A stretch of 64,000 bases of DNA from Phycisphaeraceae bacterium (GTDB lineage: Bacteria > Planctomycetota > Phycisphaerae > Phycisphaerales > Phycisphaeraceae): positions 2,656,001-2,720,000 of the forward strand of contig OY771506.1 of NCBI GenBank assembly GCA_963674705.1. Direction: 5' to 3'. The stretch's first letter is position 1. Each line of letters opens with the position of its first letter. Below the pieces are notes generated by a model, which made no database searches, had not been told where the DNA came from, and saw only the letters and a list, made by a program, of their open reading frames with translations. Shown here one piece after another: positions 9,071-20,214 of this stretch. A program made the position numbers and the translations under genes.

Positions 9071-9718
9071 TTGAAGCACGGTGTTATGACAAAAAAGCCC
9101 GCAAAACATGTCGATCAGGCATTAGTAACTGCGTGGTTGGACCGTTATAACGAGCTTGAAGCACGTTTGAGCCAACAGCCGGACGGGCAGTGGGCGTGGC
9201 TTTGGCGGGTACGTCGCGACATCTTGTTTTATCTGCTCAGTCAATACGGTCCGAGTGATTGGTCAACTGAGCACCGCAAGCAATCAAGCGAATCGGGGCA
9301 GGATAACGCAGCGACTGAAGAATCCATCTCGAGTTATGTGCAGCAAGCGGCGGACATATCAGCCGGGACCGGCGCGAAGTATCCGCTGCGCGATCAGGGC
9401 GCTTTCCGATCGCGGTTGCATCATCTGCGGTCGATCAACGATAAGGTCCGTGCGGAATATCCGGTTGATATGAATCCCAATATCGGTGTCGATCCGCGTG
9501 CCCTGATTATCCGCACGACTTATCCGGAATCGCCCCGGAGTTATGAGAATAAACGGCATAACGAAGTTCTGCTGGAGGTATTCAGCCGGGAGCTTGAAGG
9601 GATCCGTTCGTATCTGCAAGAGAACGGCCACAGTGTGCCGGAGGATGCACCATTAACCGAGAATGATGTGTTGGCTATTCTGCTTGGCGATGAAGCAAAC
9701 GAAGCCGACAGGGATTGA
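9071..9718 (+). CDS. Hypothetical protein
   Basis: 215-aa ORF filling the gap (start may be ATG 9086 region); no family recognised. Confidence 0.6.
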   Translation: MKHGVMTKKPAKHVDQALVTAWLDRYNELEARLSQQPDGQWAWLWRVRRDILFYLLSQYGPSDWSTEHRKQSSESGQDNAATEESISSYVQQAADISAGTGAKYPLRDQGAFRSRLHHLRSINDKVRAEYPVDMNPNIGVDPRALIIRTTYPESPRSYENKRHNEVLLEVFSRELEGIRSYLQENGHSVPEDAPLTENDVLAILLGDEANEADRD

Positions 9719-9743
9719 TGGTTCGATCTTATATACAACAGAA

Positions 9744-9773
9744 ACAGCCCGCCGGTTTATGTCGGCGGGCTGT
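9744..9773. terminator. Hairpin between convergent genes (probably bidirectional terminator)
   Basis: acagcccgccg / cggcgggctgt 11-bp stem. Confidence 0.7.
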
Positions 9774-9819
9774 AATCGATTTGATCAAACTTGATTGTCG
9801 AATCTGTATCAGAACCAGA

Positions 9820-11868
9820 TTATCTATTACGTCCGGCATTGACCTTGAACTGGCCCACCAGCCGCTGCAACTGTTCAGCCTTATTGCTGAGTTGCGCCGA
9901 GGCGGTGGCCGCCTGGTTGGCGCCTTCAGTCGCTTCTTGTGACACGGCATTGATCGACTGGATGCTGCTGCTGATCTCTTCGGCAGCGGATGACTGCTGC
10001 TCGCTGGCGGCAGCGATCGAACGGATCATCGACGCGACATTGCTTGCGCTGCCGACGATCTGATCAAGCGATTCTCCCGCCTTTTCTGCCAGTTCCACGC
10101 CTGCGCTGACACGTTCCGTGCCGGCACCCATACGTTCGACCGCCAGCTCGGTTTCGCTCTGGATAGCGCTGATGGACTCGCCGATTTCTTCGGTCGCCTT
10201 GGTCGTGCGGTCGGCCAGTTTGCGGACTTCATCCGCGACCACTGCGAAGCCTCTGCCGTGTTCGCCGGCACGCGCTGCTTCGATCGCAGCATTCAGAGCA
10301 AGCAGGTTCGTCTGATCGGCGATGTCGTTGATGACACCGATGATCTGCCCGATCTGCTCGCCACGCTTGCCCAGTTCATTGATCGCCGCGGCCGATTCAT
10401 TGACCACGTCGGCGATGGCCTTCATGCCATCGACTGACTGATCGACGACGCCGCCGCCTGCCTGGGCCTGGGCACCGGCATCTTCAGCGCTCTTGGCGGC
10501 TTCGCCGGCCTTACGCGCCACTTCGGCGACGCTCGCGGACATCTCTTCGATGGCGGCGGAGACCTGTGTCGCCTGTTGCGACTGCTGCTGCATACCGGTT
10601 GCCATCTCCTCGGAACTTGCCGCGATCTCGGTCGACGCCCCGGCTACTTCGTGTGTCGCGGCTGCGACTTCCACGATCAGGTCGTGGATCTTTTGCACGA
10701 ACACATTGAAGCGGTCGGCGAGCTGGCCGGTCTCGTCCTTGCTGTCGATGCTCAGGCGTTGTGTCAGGTCGCCGTCGCCTTGTGAGATTTCATGGATCGC
10801 ATCGGTGACACGTTTGACACCGGCACCGATACGTCGGCCCAGGAACACGGCACAAATGCCTGCGATAACTACGAATATCACGGTAGCCATAATCATGAAG
10901 TTACGTAATCTAATCGCTGCGGCGTTGTATTCATCCGCATAGGAACCGGCGGCAATGATCCAGTCATAAGGCTCATAGTATTCGTAAGCCGTAAACTTCA
11001 GACGGCCTTCCCAATCATATTCAACCCAGCCGCTCTTCTTTTCCTTCATCTCCGTGCAGAAGTCGTACTTGGACAGGTCGGACCCCACCTTTGCGGGGTG
11101 GATGACCAGGACGCCGTCGCCGCGCATGACGTAGACATAACCGGTATCACCCAGCTTGATCGAAGAGATGGCATCGCTCAGTGCGGTGAAGTCGGTGTGG
11201 GGTTTGGCCAGGCCTACCGCCGCCACAATCTTGCCGTCCGAGGAACGGATCGGTGAATAGGCGCCTTCATACAACTCGCCATTGATAAGATTAGTACCCG
11301 TGTAGTCTTTGCCGCTCATGATCTGTTTGTAGACCGGCGAGTTTCGATCGACTGCTGTTCCTGTGATGCGTTTACCGTTCGCATCAAAAATGCTGCTTGA
11401 TGCACGGACCAGGTCACCGTTGGTTACGATGAACAGGGCGGCGCCGCAATCGGTCGATTGGGTGATCGCATCAACCAATTTGTCATTGCCAATCAGTGAC
11501 AGATCACCAATTTTTACTTCGGGCACCGTGTACTGGCCGACCCGCTCGGTTTCGCCCGTCAGTTCAGCGCCGCTGGCCCAGTTGTCCTGGTTGCCGCTTG
11601 ACATCTTCATGTAGCTTTCAGCCAGCGCCAGGTCAGACTTGAGCTTCGATTTAAGCAGCTCATCCTGAGTCGCACATATTGCGCGGGCTTGTGATGCCAC
11701 GTGTTTGAGGTCATCGGCCGCGACATGATTCAGTGCGTTTTGAGCGTGGTACACAGCCAGGATGCTTACCGCGATCACCGGGATGCCCGTCAGGATCGAC
11801 GCCATCACGGCTACCTTCTTTGAGATGCTATTGAATTGTAATATGCCTTTAAACATGCTGAGACCCAC
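9820..11868 (-). CDS. Methyl-accepting chemotaxis protein with Cache-type sensor and HAMP domain
   Basis: Two TM helices, GDTGYVYVM...HP Cache motif, [47 protein letters not shown]. Confidence 0.95.
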   Translation of the reverse strand: MGLSMFKGILQFNSISKKVAVMASILTGIPVIAVSILAVYHAQNALNHVAADDLKHVASQARAICATQDELLKSKLKSDLALAESYMKMSSGNQDNWASGAELTGETERVGQYTVPEVKIGDLSLIGNDKLVDAITQSTDCGAALFIVTNGDLVRASSSIFDANGKRITGTAVDRNSPVYKQIMSGKDYTGTNLINGELYEGAYSPIRSSDGKIVAAVGLAKPHTDFTALSDAISSIKLGDTGYVYVMRGDGVLVIHPAKVGSDLSKYDFCTEMKEKKSGWVEYDWEGRLKFTAYEYYEPYDWIIAAGSYADEYNAAAIRLRNFMIMATVIFVVIAGICAVFLGRRIGAGVKRVTDAIHEISQGDGDLTQRLSIDSKDETGQLADRFNVFVQKIHDLIVEVAAATHEVAGASTEIAASSEEMATGMQQQSQQATQVSAAIEEMSASVAEVARKAGEAAKSAEDAGAQAQAGGGVVDQSVDGMKAIADVVNESAAAINELGKRGEQIGQIIGVINDIADQTNLLALNAAIEAARAGEHGRGFAVVADEVRKLADRTTKATEEIGESISAIQSETELAVERMGAGTERVSAGVELAEKAGESLDQIVGSASNVASMIRSIAAASEQQSSAAEEISSSIQSINAVSQEATEGANQAATASAQLSNKAEQLQRLVGQFKVNAGRNR

Positions 11869-11935
11869 TCCTATCTGTTGTCGTTATGACAGAATTCTGT
11901 GCCCCACCGGGTCTATACAGAACGTTTTCACTTGG

Positions 11936-13288
11936 TTAGAACAGTAATTGAACCTGTGTCCGTGCCACGATCTGTCCATCTTCATCCGTCGAATCGGTGC
12001 GCCAGCCGGTCAGGTTGCTCGAAAAAGTAGCGGGGACGGGCTCGGTGCCATAGCCGATGTCTGCACTGATCTTGACGCGGTGGCCCTGCACGTAATAGTT
12101 GCCGCCGAGGGTTACGATCCCCAGGTCATCCTGCCCATCGGTTGCCACTTCGAGGTCCGCCCATTCGTACCGGCCGAAGACTTCCAGTTTATCGGTCAGG
12201 AACAGGCCGCCCTGAACCATCACACCGAGACGATCGATCTCGGCCGTGTCGGATTCCTGATGGTCACCGATCACCGCGACGAACACGTTGGCGCCACCCA
12301 GGCCCCACGTGACGTCTGCCGTCCACCGCGTGATGTCGGATGTCTCAGCGGTTGTGCCGTTTTCACCCTTCTGATAATGGGCTGCACCGCCGACGACCAG
12401 CACGGGCTCTTCACCCCGGCTGGACATCCAGTCGCCGTAATCCGCCCACTGTCCATCAACCAGCCACTCGGCACGACCGGTGAACGCGAAGTCGACGTCG
12501 GTAGCGCTCCAGGTTGTGTTAATCCCCCCAAGCCCGTCGTTAAATGACAGCGTCAGGTGGATGTTGTCATTCTTGTAGTCGGCCATGATGCCTTGTGTGT
12601 AGCTGCCGGCCAGCCCGTTGAGCAACGAACGCTCAACCACTTGCTGCGACTTTTCGGAAACCAGCCATTCACGCCACATCGGCACCTTGAACTGACCGGC
12701 GGTCACGGACCAGCCGTTATCGAAGACCTTGGTGATGTAAGCATCCAGCAGCAGATCGCCGCCGGCGTTGCTGTGGCCGGTCCAGATCACGTACTTCCAC
12801 GTGGGATCAATCACATTACCAATGAACCCGTAGCGGATACGTGAAGCCTCGAAGCCGCTGACCTCGTCGTCGGTCGGGGATTGATCCTGCGTGTTAAACA
12901 CGTGCCGGATCTGGAGCATGCCGGCGACCTTCAGCAGGAATGCGCCGTCTTGCGATCGGATGTAGAAGTTCTTGCCGTCATGCCCGGCGGTAACGCCTTC
13001 ATCTAACAGGTTTGCCCTGGCGTCGGCATCCGAGAGCACTTCGCGGATCAGGCCCTTGACCTCTTCCGCCCGCCGCGCGTCCAGCCAATCGCCGTCGTTG
13101 ACAGCCATGCGGCTAATCATGGCTTGTTGCTTTTCAAGTAGCGCCTGTTGTGCTTCGATCTGCTGACCTTGTTCCGCGATCATCTGTCGCAGCTCATTGA
13201 TGTCTGCATTGCTTGAAGTGGTTTGGGCCTGTGTTGTCGCGCCGAACGCGAAAACGGTAGCCACCAATAGTTTGCCAAATGTATACAT
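11936..13288 (-). CDS. Outer-membrane porin (OprO/OprP-like beta-barrel) with N-terminal coiled coil
   Basis: Signal peptide, coiled coil, LLDAY, GQFKVP..RE motif, C-terminal RTQVQLLF. Confidence 0.8.
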   Translation of the reverse strand: MYTFGKLLVATVFAFGATTQAQTTSSNADINELRQMIAEQGQQIEAQQALLEKQQAMISRMAVNDGDWLDARRAEEVKGLIREVLSDADARANLLDEGVTAGHDGKNFYIRSQDGAFLLKVAGMLQIRHVFNTQDQSPTDDEVSGFEASRIRYGFIGNVIDPTWKYVIWTGHSNAGGDLLLDAYITKVFDNGWSVTAGQFKVPMWREWLVSEKSQQVVERSLLNGLAGSYTQGIMADYKNDNIHLTLSFNDGLGGINTTWSATDVDFAFTGRAEWLVDGQWADYGDWMSSRGEEPVLVVGGAAHYQKGENGTTAETSDITRWTADVTWGLGGANVFVAVIGDHQESDTAEIDRLGVMVQGGLFLTDKLEVFGRYEWADLEVATDGQDDLGIVTLGGNYYVQGHRVKISADIGYGTEPVPATFSSNLTGWRTDSTDEDGQIVARTQVQLLF

Positions 13289-13713
13289 GTTGCCTCCACT
13301 GTTGTTACCCGATCCACTTTTGTGGAACTAGGTATTTCCAGTAGATCGCATCTTTTTTAGGCGTGATTAATCATCTTTAACACTCGCAGCCTCATCCGGT
13401 GATGATTGCTGTACCGTTCGTAACGATTACGGTCATTAGTTTGCATACCGTTATAAATGTAAGTATTTAGTAATGCCAAGCATGCGACAATATCTGACGT
13501 TGACAATATGCCGATAATTAATCAGGTTAATCACGTATGTTTTGATTGAAAAAAACGTCCCAATAACTTGGTTACTCTGCGGTCAGCGCACGCGCCAACA
13601 TCACTCCCACCGGCCAAGAGCAGTAGCATCCCCGTCTATTCAGGCTCCTGGTTAATAACAAATAACTAACAAAACAGTTTAACCTCTTTTTAATCAGATT
13701 GGGTTTTCCCCGT

Positions 13714-13740
13714 CAAGTCCATCGGGCATGTATCCGATGC
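13714..13740 (+). promoter_or_regulatory. Possible sigma28 (FliA) promoter for the SBP-MCP operon
   Basis: CAAG-N15-TCCGATGC; a perfect GCCGATAA -10 box also occurs at 13510-13517 without a clear -35. Confidence 0.35.
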
Positions 13741-13927
13741 TGCGCAATGCCTGACTTTTGTCATGCAATACAGGCGTTACATAGTGACGCGCTGGTGTTG
13801 GCCCATTTCGTTCAGGGACTCAACCATTCATATTGCAGGTGTGATTCGTGACTAATTGGTCAGTTTTTTTATTGCCGTAACCCTCTATTAAGTAGTTTGT
13901 CCAGCTTCATGACCCAGGAGAACTAAC

Positions 13928-15118
13928 ATGCGATCAATGACGAAGTGGTGTGCTGCCTTTCTTGCGATGACGATGGTGGGTACGGCTACGTCCGATATCC
14001 ACGCGGAAAATGGTGTGACGGATTCAAAGATCATCCTCGGCCAGTCTTGTGCCTTGAAGGGCCCCGCGGCGGGCTTGGGGCAGGGGATGTCGACCGGATT
14101 GAATGTTTACTTCGATAAGGTAAACGCCGCCGGTGGTGTAAACGGCCGCACGATCGAACTGAAGAGCCTCAACGACGGCTATGAACCGGATCGTGCTGAG
14201 CAGACAACGAAGATGTTGATCGAGAACGTCAAAGTCTTCGCACTGATCGGAGAAGTTGGCACACCCACATCCTCGGTGGCGGTCCCCATCGCCGAAGCGG
14301 CCGGTGTCCCATTTATCGGCCCATTCACGGGCGCCGAATTCTTACGTAATCCATATAAGCCTCTGGTCGTCAATGTGCGTGGCAGTTACTACCAGGAGAT
14401 GGAACGTCTGGCGCAGTACCTGGTGGATGAAAAAGGTCTGGATAAGATCGCCTGCTTCTACCAGGATGACGGCTACGGCCGCGCGGGACTCAGCGGGATC
14501 AATATCGCTTTAGAGAAGCGTGGATTGAAGCTTGTGGCCGAGGGCACGTATAAGCGGAACACGACCGCGATCAATGAAGGCCTCAGTGCGATCGAAGGCA
14601 GTCAGCCGCAGGCCGTTGTCATGGTTGGTGCGTACAAGCCCTGTGCTGAATTCATCAAGTCCGCCAAGACCAATGCGAACCTCAAGGATGCATACTTCTG
14701 CAATATCTCCTTCGTGGGAACCAAGAATCTGGTCTCAGAACTCGGCGATGCCGGCGACGATAAGTGTCTGATTTCGCAGGTCGTGCCTTATCCCTGGGAC
14801 GAGAGCAACGGCTTGGTCAAGGAATACACCGAAGCGATGAAAGCGGCCGGTAAGGCCGACGACATCGGCTTCATTTCGCTGGAAGGCTATATGGTTGCCA
14901 AGTTCTTCACGGAGGCGATGAAGAAGGTTGATGGTGAGCCGACCCGTGAAAAATGGCTTGCGGCCGTAAGTGAAACAGGCACATTCGACCTCGGCGGTAC
15001 CGTTCTGGAATTTGGCGCTTCGGACAACCAGGGCATGGACAAGGTGTTCCTGTCGCAGGTGTCCGGCGGCAAGGCGATACCTCTGGGCTCAGATAGCTCC
15101 GTAGCAACTGCAGAATAA
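13928..15118 (+). CDS. Periplasmic ligand-binding protein, type 1 fold (LivK/branched-chain-like), no adjacent permease
   Basis: Signal peptide; GGVNGRTIEL..NDGYEP, GEVGTPT, YQDDGYG, SQVVPYP motifs. Confidence 0.9.
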   Translation: MRSMTKWCAAFLAMTMVGTATSDIHAENGVTDSKIILGQSCALKGPAAGLGQGMSTGLNVYFDKVNAAGGVNGRTIELKSLNDGYEPDRAEQTTKMLIENVKVFALIGEVGTPTSSVAVPIAEAAGVPFIGPFTGAEFLRNPYKPLVVNVRGSYYQEMERLAQYLVDEKGLDKIACFYQDDGYGRAGLSGINIALEKRGLKLVAEGTYKRNTTAINEGLSAIEGSQPQAVVMVGAYKPCAEFIKSAKTNANLKDAYFCNISFVGTKNLVSELGDAGDDKCLISQVVPYPWDESNGLVKEYTEAMKAAGKADDIGFISLEGYMVAKFFTEAMKKVDGEPTREKWLAAVSETGTFDLGGTVLEFGASDNQGMDKVFLSQVSGGKAIPLGSDSSVATAE

Positions 15119-15250
15119 ACCTACGATCCCTGGCGGTGGGTGACAGTCCATCGCCAGGATTTCCCTCCTGTATTGATTATGTGTTGTGTGAATGGACCGG
15201 TGTGATTCAGGAGCATGTGCCGGATCACGCGTAACTCGGAGGTAGCACAC

Positions 15251-17353
15251 ATGGCGCTGATTCATGTCCATTCGATACGTCAGAAGATCACGATCCTCTG
15301 TGGATTATTTCTGGTTCTGACCGTTGCTTCGATTGTCACGTACTCCGCGATATCAGTCCGAAAGTCTGCAATCGAGAACGCGAAGAACCAGGCTTTAGCA
15401 ACCGCCCACGAGCAGGCCGCCAGTGTCCGTGGCGAATTGGATGAAGCGCTCGACTCCGCCAAGACACTTGCCAGTACACTCTCGGCGGTAAAGGACGAGA
15501 ACGTACAGCTTGACATCACGCGAGAGGCGGTCAACGGCATCCTGCGCATCATTCTGGAATCCAACCCACGCTTTGTTGGCGTCTATACATGCTGGGAACC
15601 GGATCGTTTTGATGAAATGGATGTCGGGTTCGCTGATACCGATGGCCACGATGCGTCGGGACGGCTCATTCCCTACTGGTATCGTGATGCCGATGGGTCG
15701 TCCGTATCGCGCCCACTCGTTGGTTACGACAATGAACAGGCTGATGGTGAAGGCAAACGACCCGGCGATTACTACCTGATCCCCAAGCAGACGATGCAGG
15801 CCTGTATCCTGAATCCGCAGTTGCGAGAGGTTGAAGCAGATGGCCAGCGGTTGATCCTGCCGCTGTCGGTGCCGATTATTGCCAACGATACGTTCCACGC
15901 AACCGTCGGTATCGACCTGGCGATGGATCAATTGCAGAAGCATGCTGACGCCTTGGATATCTACAACCATTCGGCACAAATATTCGTATTCAGCCAGGAC
16001 GGCACGCTTATCTCCGCGACCGGTTCGCCGAACAAGGTTGGCCAAAAGCTGGCCACGGTTTTTGAAGACGCACCCCAGGTTATCGATCAAGTGCAGCGCG
16101 ATGAACAAAGCGCTGAGTTCGTTGGTGATTGGCTGCGCGTCACGGTCCCGATCGACATGGACCAGGCCGCGGACAACTGGGGTATTGTCATCCGGATCCC
16201 GCAGTCAAACATCCTGGCAGATGCCTCCAGCATGATGTGGATGCAGGTCTGGTTGGGGGTTGGTTGTGTGGCCGTGACAATTGTCCTGTTATGGTTGGCC
16301 GCTACGTCAATCACCCGCCCGATCCGCCGCATCAATGAGTTGCTTAAGGATATCGCTCAAGGCGAAGGCGATTTGACACGGAGGCTGGCGGTTAATTCCA
16401 ACGACGAGATCGGCGAGCAGGCCAAGTGGTTCAACACGTTCGTACAGAAGATCCATGATGTAATAGTTGAGGTGACACGCTCTGCGGACGAGGTTGTCCA
16501 AAGCGCTACCCGTATTGCCGCATCCAGCAGCGGGACCGCGGAGCAGATGCGCGCCCAGGCCAATCAGGTTCAAAGTGTTGCGTCCGCGATCGAGGAGATG
16601 GCGGCGTCCGTCGAAGAGGTCGCGAAGAAGTCAACCGAGGCAACAGAAACCGCGCAGCTTTCACGTGACAAAGCCGCGGCCGGTGGTGATATCGTCGGTG
16701 AGACGGTTCAGAGCATCAAGTCTATTTCTGCAAGTGTGGAGGAATCCGCCCTTGCGATTAACGAACTCGGTAAGCGCGGCGATCAGATAGGCCAGATCAT
16801 CGGGGTGATTAACGATATCGCCGATCAGACCAACCTCCTTGCATTGAACGCTGCGATCGAAGCGGCCCGCGCCGGTGAGTACGGAAGGGGCTTCGCTGTG
16901 GTCGCGGATGAGGTCCGCAAGCTCGCCGATCGCACGACAGCCGCGACGGCGGAGGTCGCGGATTCCATCAGTGCCATCCAGGACGAAACCAGCAAAGCGG
17001 TACAGCGCATGAATACCGGCTCCGAATGCGTGGAACACGGCGTCGGTATGGCGGAAAACGCCGGACAATCACTCAGTGAAATCGTCTCCGGCTCCGATAC
17101 GGTCTTGAATATGATCCGTTCAATCGCCTCTGCCACTGAGCAGCAGTCGGCCACCGCCACGGATATCACGACGAATGTCGAATCAATCAACAACCTGATC
17201 GGTAAATCCACCGACGCCACGGTCTCGTCTGCCATGGAAGCCGACGAAATGAGTTCCAAGGCACAGCACCTTCAGCAACTCGTCAGCCAGTTCAAGGTCG
17301 ACAACAGCCGGAATACAGGTGGAAGCACGTTCGAATCAGAAGCCGCCGATTGA
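15251..17353 (+). CDS. Methyl-accepting chemotaxis protein with dCache sensor
   Basis: [22 protein letters not shown] dCache motifs; HAMP; conserved signalling hairpin. Start at ATG after GGAGG. Confidence 0.95.
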   Translation: MALIHVHSIRQKITILCGLFLVLTVASIVTYSAISVRKSAIENAKNQALATAHEQAASVRGELDEALDSAKTLASTLSAVKDENVQLDITREAVNGILRIILESNPRFVGVYTCWEPDRFDEMDVGFADTDGHDASGRLIPYWYRDADGSSVSRPLVGYDNEQADGEGKRPGDYYLIPKQTMQACILNPQLREVEADGQRLILPLSVPIIANDTFHATVGIDLAMDQLQKHADALDIYNHSAQIFVFSQDGTLISATGSPNKVGQKLATVFEDAPQVIDQVQRDEQSAEFVGDWLRVTVPIDMDQAADNWGIVIRIPQSNILADASSMMWMQVWLGVGCVAVTIVLLWLAATSITRPIRRINELLKDIAQGEGDLTRRLAVNSNDEIGEQAKWFNTFVQKIHDVIVEVTRSADEVVQSATRIAASSSGTAEQMRAQANQVQSVASAIEEMAASVEEVAKKSTEATETAQLSRDKAAAGGDIVGETVQSIKSISASVEESALAINELGKRGDQIGQIIGVINDIADQTNLLALNAAIEAARAGEYGRGFAVVADEVRKLADRTTAATAEVADSISAIQDETSKAVQRMNTGSECVEHGVGMAENAGQSLSEIVSGSDTVLNMIRSIASATEQQSATATDITTNVESINNLIGKSTDATVSSAMEADEMSSKAQHLQQLVSQFKVDNSRNTGGSTFESEAAD

Positions 17354-17416
17354 TGCTAAAAATCCGGGATGCAAGGGGGGGGTTCTGCTACTCGATCCCG
17401 GCTGCCAGACAGTGAA

Positions 17417-17490
17417 TGGGCGATATAGGACTCGAACCTACGACCTCACGGGTGTGATCCGTGCGCTCTAGCCAACTGAGCTAATCGCCC
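17417..17490 (-). tRNA. tRNA-Val (anticodon CAC), CCA not encoded
   Basis: GGGCGAT acceptor stem, AGCTCAGTTGGCTAGAGC D-arm, CACGG-ATCACAC-CCGTG anticodon arm, GGTTCGAGTCC T-arm. Confidence 0.93.
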
Positions 17491-17571
17491 TGCGGGGCAG
17501 GGTTAGGCTGCCGAATACGAAACGATAACCGATCGTGGGTTCTGGTCAAGTAGGGGGGTAGGGCTGCCGGC

Positions 17572-18639
17572 TTATTCAGCGGTGGCCAGGACGACCAGGT
17601 CGTCGGCTTCGAAGCCCAGACGGACGTTGGGGTTGCTGATGCGGTGGGAGCGTCGACGGGTTTCATCGACCTGGATTTTGACCTCGTCGCCGAAGCGGAA
17701 GTCGTGCCGCAGGCCTCCGCCGCGGAAGATCGTTTCGCAGTGGATGCCGTCTACCATATTCGCTGCCTGGTCCGATCCATCCAGTAGCCTGATGCGTTCC
17801 GGGCGGATCATGCAGGTGACCTTGTCGTTTTTCTTGTGTCCGTTCATGGATGCACGCAGGTGTCCCAACGGCGTGGAAACGGTCGTCCCATCCGGGCCGC
17901 TTTCCTGAACGACGCCGCAGACAAAGTTCGCCGAGCCGAGGAAGTCGGCGACGAAGTGATTGACCGGCCGATCGTAAACCTCTTCCGGCGGGCCACACTG
18001 AATGATCCTGCCCTTATCCATCACCGCGATGCGGTCGGCCATGGAAAGCGCTTCTTCCTGGTCGTGCGTGACATAAACGCTTGTTGTGTTCGTGGTCTTG
18101 CAGACCTGACGGATGCCGGAACGCATCTCGGTACGCAGCTTGGCATCGAGGTTGGATAGCGGTTCGTCCAGTAGTAGTACATCCGGGTTCACCACCAACG
18201 CACGTGCGAGCGCGACGCGCTGCTGCTGACCGCCGGAGAGTTGTCCGGGCTTGCGGTCGGCCAGGTGATCGATCTGTACGGTCTTCATGATCTCGTCGAC
18301 GCGCTGCTTCTTTTCGTCCGCTGCGACCTTCTTGGCATCGAGACCGAAGCCGACGTTCTGACGGATGGTCATGTGAGGCCAAAGCGCGTAGTTCTGAAAG
18401 ACCATGGCGCAGTTGCGTTGGCCTGAGGGCATGCGGGTGACGTCGAGGTCCCCGAACAGCAGCTTTCCGCTGGTAGGTTCAAGCAGACCGGCGATCATTC
18501 TTAATAGCGTCGTTTTCCCGCAGCCGGAAGGCCCGAGCAGGAAGAACAATTCGCCCGGCTCGATACGCACATCAGCGTGATCCACCGCGTGCATGTGGCC
18601 GTAACTTTTCGTCAATTTTTCAGTGATGATGGGTATCAT
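17572..18639 (-). CDS. ABC transporter ATP-binding protein (PotA/FbpC type)
   Basis: GPSGCGKT Walker A, LSGGQQQRVALARAL signature, LLLDEP Walker B, TOBE tail; start at MIPIITEKL. Confidence 0.95.
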   Translation of the reverse strand: MIPIITEKLTKSYGHMHAVDHADVRIEPGELFFLLGPSGCGKTTLLRMIAGLLEPTSGKLLFGDLDVTRMPSGQRNCAMVFQNYALWPHMTIRQNVGFGLDAKKVAADEKKQRVDEIMKTVQIDHLADRKPGQLSGGQQQRVALARALVVNPDVLLLDEPLSNLDAKLRTEMRSGIRQVCKTTNTTSVYVTHDQEEALSMADRIAVMDKGRIIQCGPPEEVYDRPVNHFVADFLGSANFVCGVVQESGPDGTTVSTPLGHLRASMNGHKKNDKVTCMIRPERIRLLDGSDQAANMVDGIHCETIFRGGGLRHDFRFGDEVKIQVDETRRRSHRISNPNVRLGFEADDLVVLATAE

Positions 18640-18765
18640 TTCAGCGGATATTGTAGCCCCGAGGCGGAGCGCGCACATGCGTTGAATTGTTAATGTTTGG
18701 TTAGCAAAACGTGAGTGGATACGGCAAGTCGCAGGACGACGATATCTTGTTCCACGAAAACGTAA

Positions 18766-20214
18766 ATGAGCAAAATACTTCCTCAAGTGTTGGTGCTGTC
18801 GTTGCTGGCTCTGCTGATCGGAGCTCCGGTGCTGTGGCGTCCGGCGGAGTCAGTGCCGGCTGCGGATGCCAAGCGGTTGGTCATCTTTACGCCGCACAAC
18901 GAGCAGATACGCCAGGAACTCAGTGTTGCTTTTAATGATTGGCATATCGAGCATTACAACCAGCCGGTCGAGATCCAGTGGCGCGTCGGTGGTAGTGGTG
19001 AGATCCAGCGCATCCTTTTGAGCCAGTACCAGGCGGAGCTTGAGCAGGCTATCGCCCTGGGGCGGGATATTGAGCCGGTCGGGTATGACATCGTCTTGGG
19101 CGGCGGTGACTACATGTTTGACAAGTACTTCCGGCGCGTCGGGGTGGAGGTGGAAAATCCTGACGATCCGGAAAACCCCTATCACGCTTCTGTGACTCAG
19201 CCGATTGAGTTGCCTGAAGATCTGATTGAACGCGTCTACGGTGACGGAATGATCGCCGATGCAAGGACGTATGATCCGAACGGCCATTGGTGGGGGGTGA
19301 TCCTCAGCAGCTTCGGGATCGTCTACAACAACGATGCGGTCGAATCCATCGGGACCGGCACGCCAAGCGGCTGGAGCGACCTTGCGGATGAGCGTTACTT
19401 CCGCTGGCTGGCGATGGCGGACCCATCGTACTCCGGGTCGGTACGTGTGACGTATAACGCCATATTGCAAAGAGTTGGGTACGAGGAAGGCTGGCAGATC
19501 CTGCGCCGGATGTTTGCCAATTCCCGTTACTTCGCCACCTCCTCGACGAAGATACCGCTGGATGTGTCGGCGGGTGACGCGGCGGCGGGCGTGTGTATCG
19601 ACTACTACGGTCGATGGCAGGCTCAGTCGGTGGGGCACAACCGCGTTGGATTCATAGCGCCTGCTGATACAACAGTTTACGCGTGCGACCCGGTGGCGGT
19701 GCTCAACGGCGTCAAGGGCGAGCGGCTGGAATTATCGAAGCATTTTATTGAATTCTTGCTGTCTTACGAAGGTCAGGCCCTGTGGAACTTCAAAGCAGGT
19801 GACCCGGATGGGCCGCTGCATTACGAACTGAGGCGCCCCCCGGTCAGCCACCAGTTGTACACGCCGGAACTGATGGCTCGCATGGTCGACCCGGTGAACT
19901 ACTACGACATGGCCCGTCCGCTCAAGGATGGGACGCCGAATTACATGGGGTCTGTTTCCGTGGTGCTGCACGCGATGGCGATCGACACGCATGACGATCT
20001 GGTCGCCGCATGGCGTACGATCATGGCTGAACAGGACCCTGTGCGCAAGCAAGCGATGCTGGATGTTTTGGATCAGATGCCGTTTACCCAGGAAGAGTTG
20101 GCAGCGAGGCCCGACGCATGGGATCAGGATTCCGATCTGCGTGAACTGGACCGGATCGCGTGGACGCGGTTTTTCGCTAAGCAGTACAAGCGGATCGTGG
20201 AGGGTGACATTTGA
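18766..20214 (+). CDS. ABC transporter substrate-binding protein (Fe3+/AfuA-like)
   Basis: TPHNE, FGIVYN, W.DL.D, ADP..SGS, DPVAVL motifs. Confidence 0.85.
   Translation: MSKILPQVLVLSLLALLIGAPVLWRPAESVPAADAKRLVIFTPHNEQIRQELSVAFNDWHIEHYNQPVEIQWRVGGSGEIQRILLSQYQAELEQAIALGRDIEPVGYDIVLGGGDYMFDKYFRRVGVEVENPDDPENPYHASVTQPIELPEDLIERVYGDGMIADARTYDPNGHWWGVILSSFGIVYNNDAVESIGTGTPSGWSDLADERYFRWLAMADPSYSGSVRVTYNAILQRVGYEEGWQILRRMFANSRYFATSSTKIPLDVSAGDAAAGVCIDYYGRWQAQSVGHNRVGFIAPADTTVYACDPVAVLNGVKGERLELSKHFIEFLLSYEGQALWNFKAGDPDGPLHYELRRPPVSHQLYTPELMARMVDPVNYYDMARPLKDGTPNYMGSVSVVLHAMAIDTHDDLVAAWRTIMAEQDPVRKQAMLDVLDQMPFTQEELAARPDAWDQDSDLRELDRIAWTRFFAKQYKRIVEGDI

Noticed and set aside
9820..17490. Genomic island integrated at tRNA-Val
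   Set aside because: No integrase, and I found no duplicated tRNA 3' end (att site) in the window.
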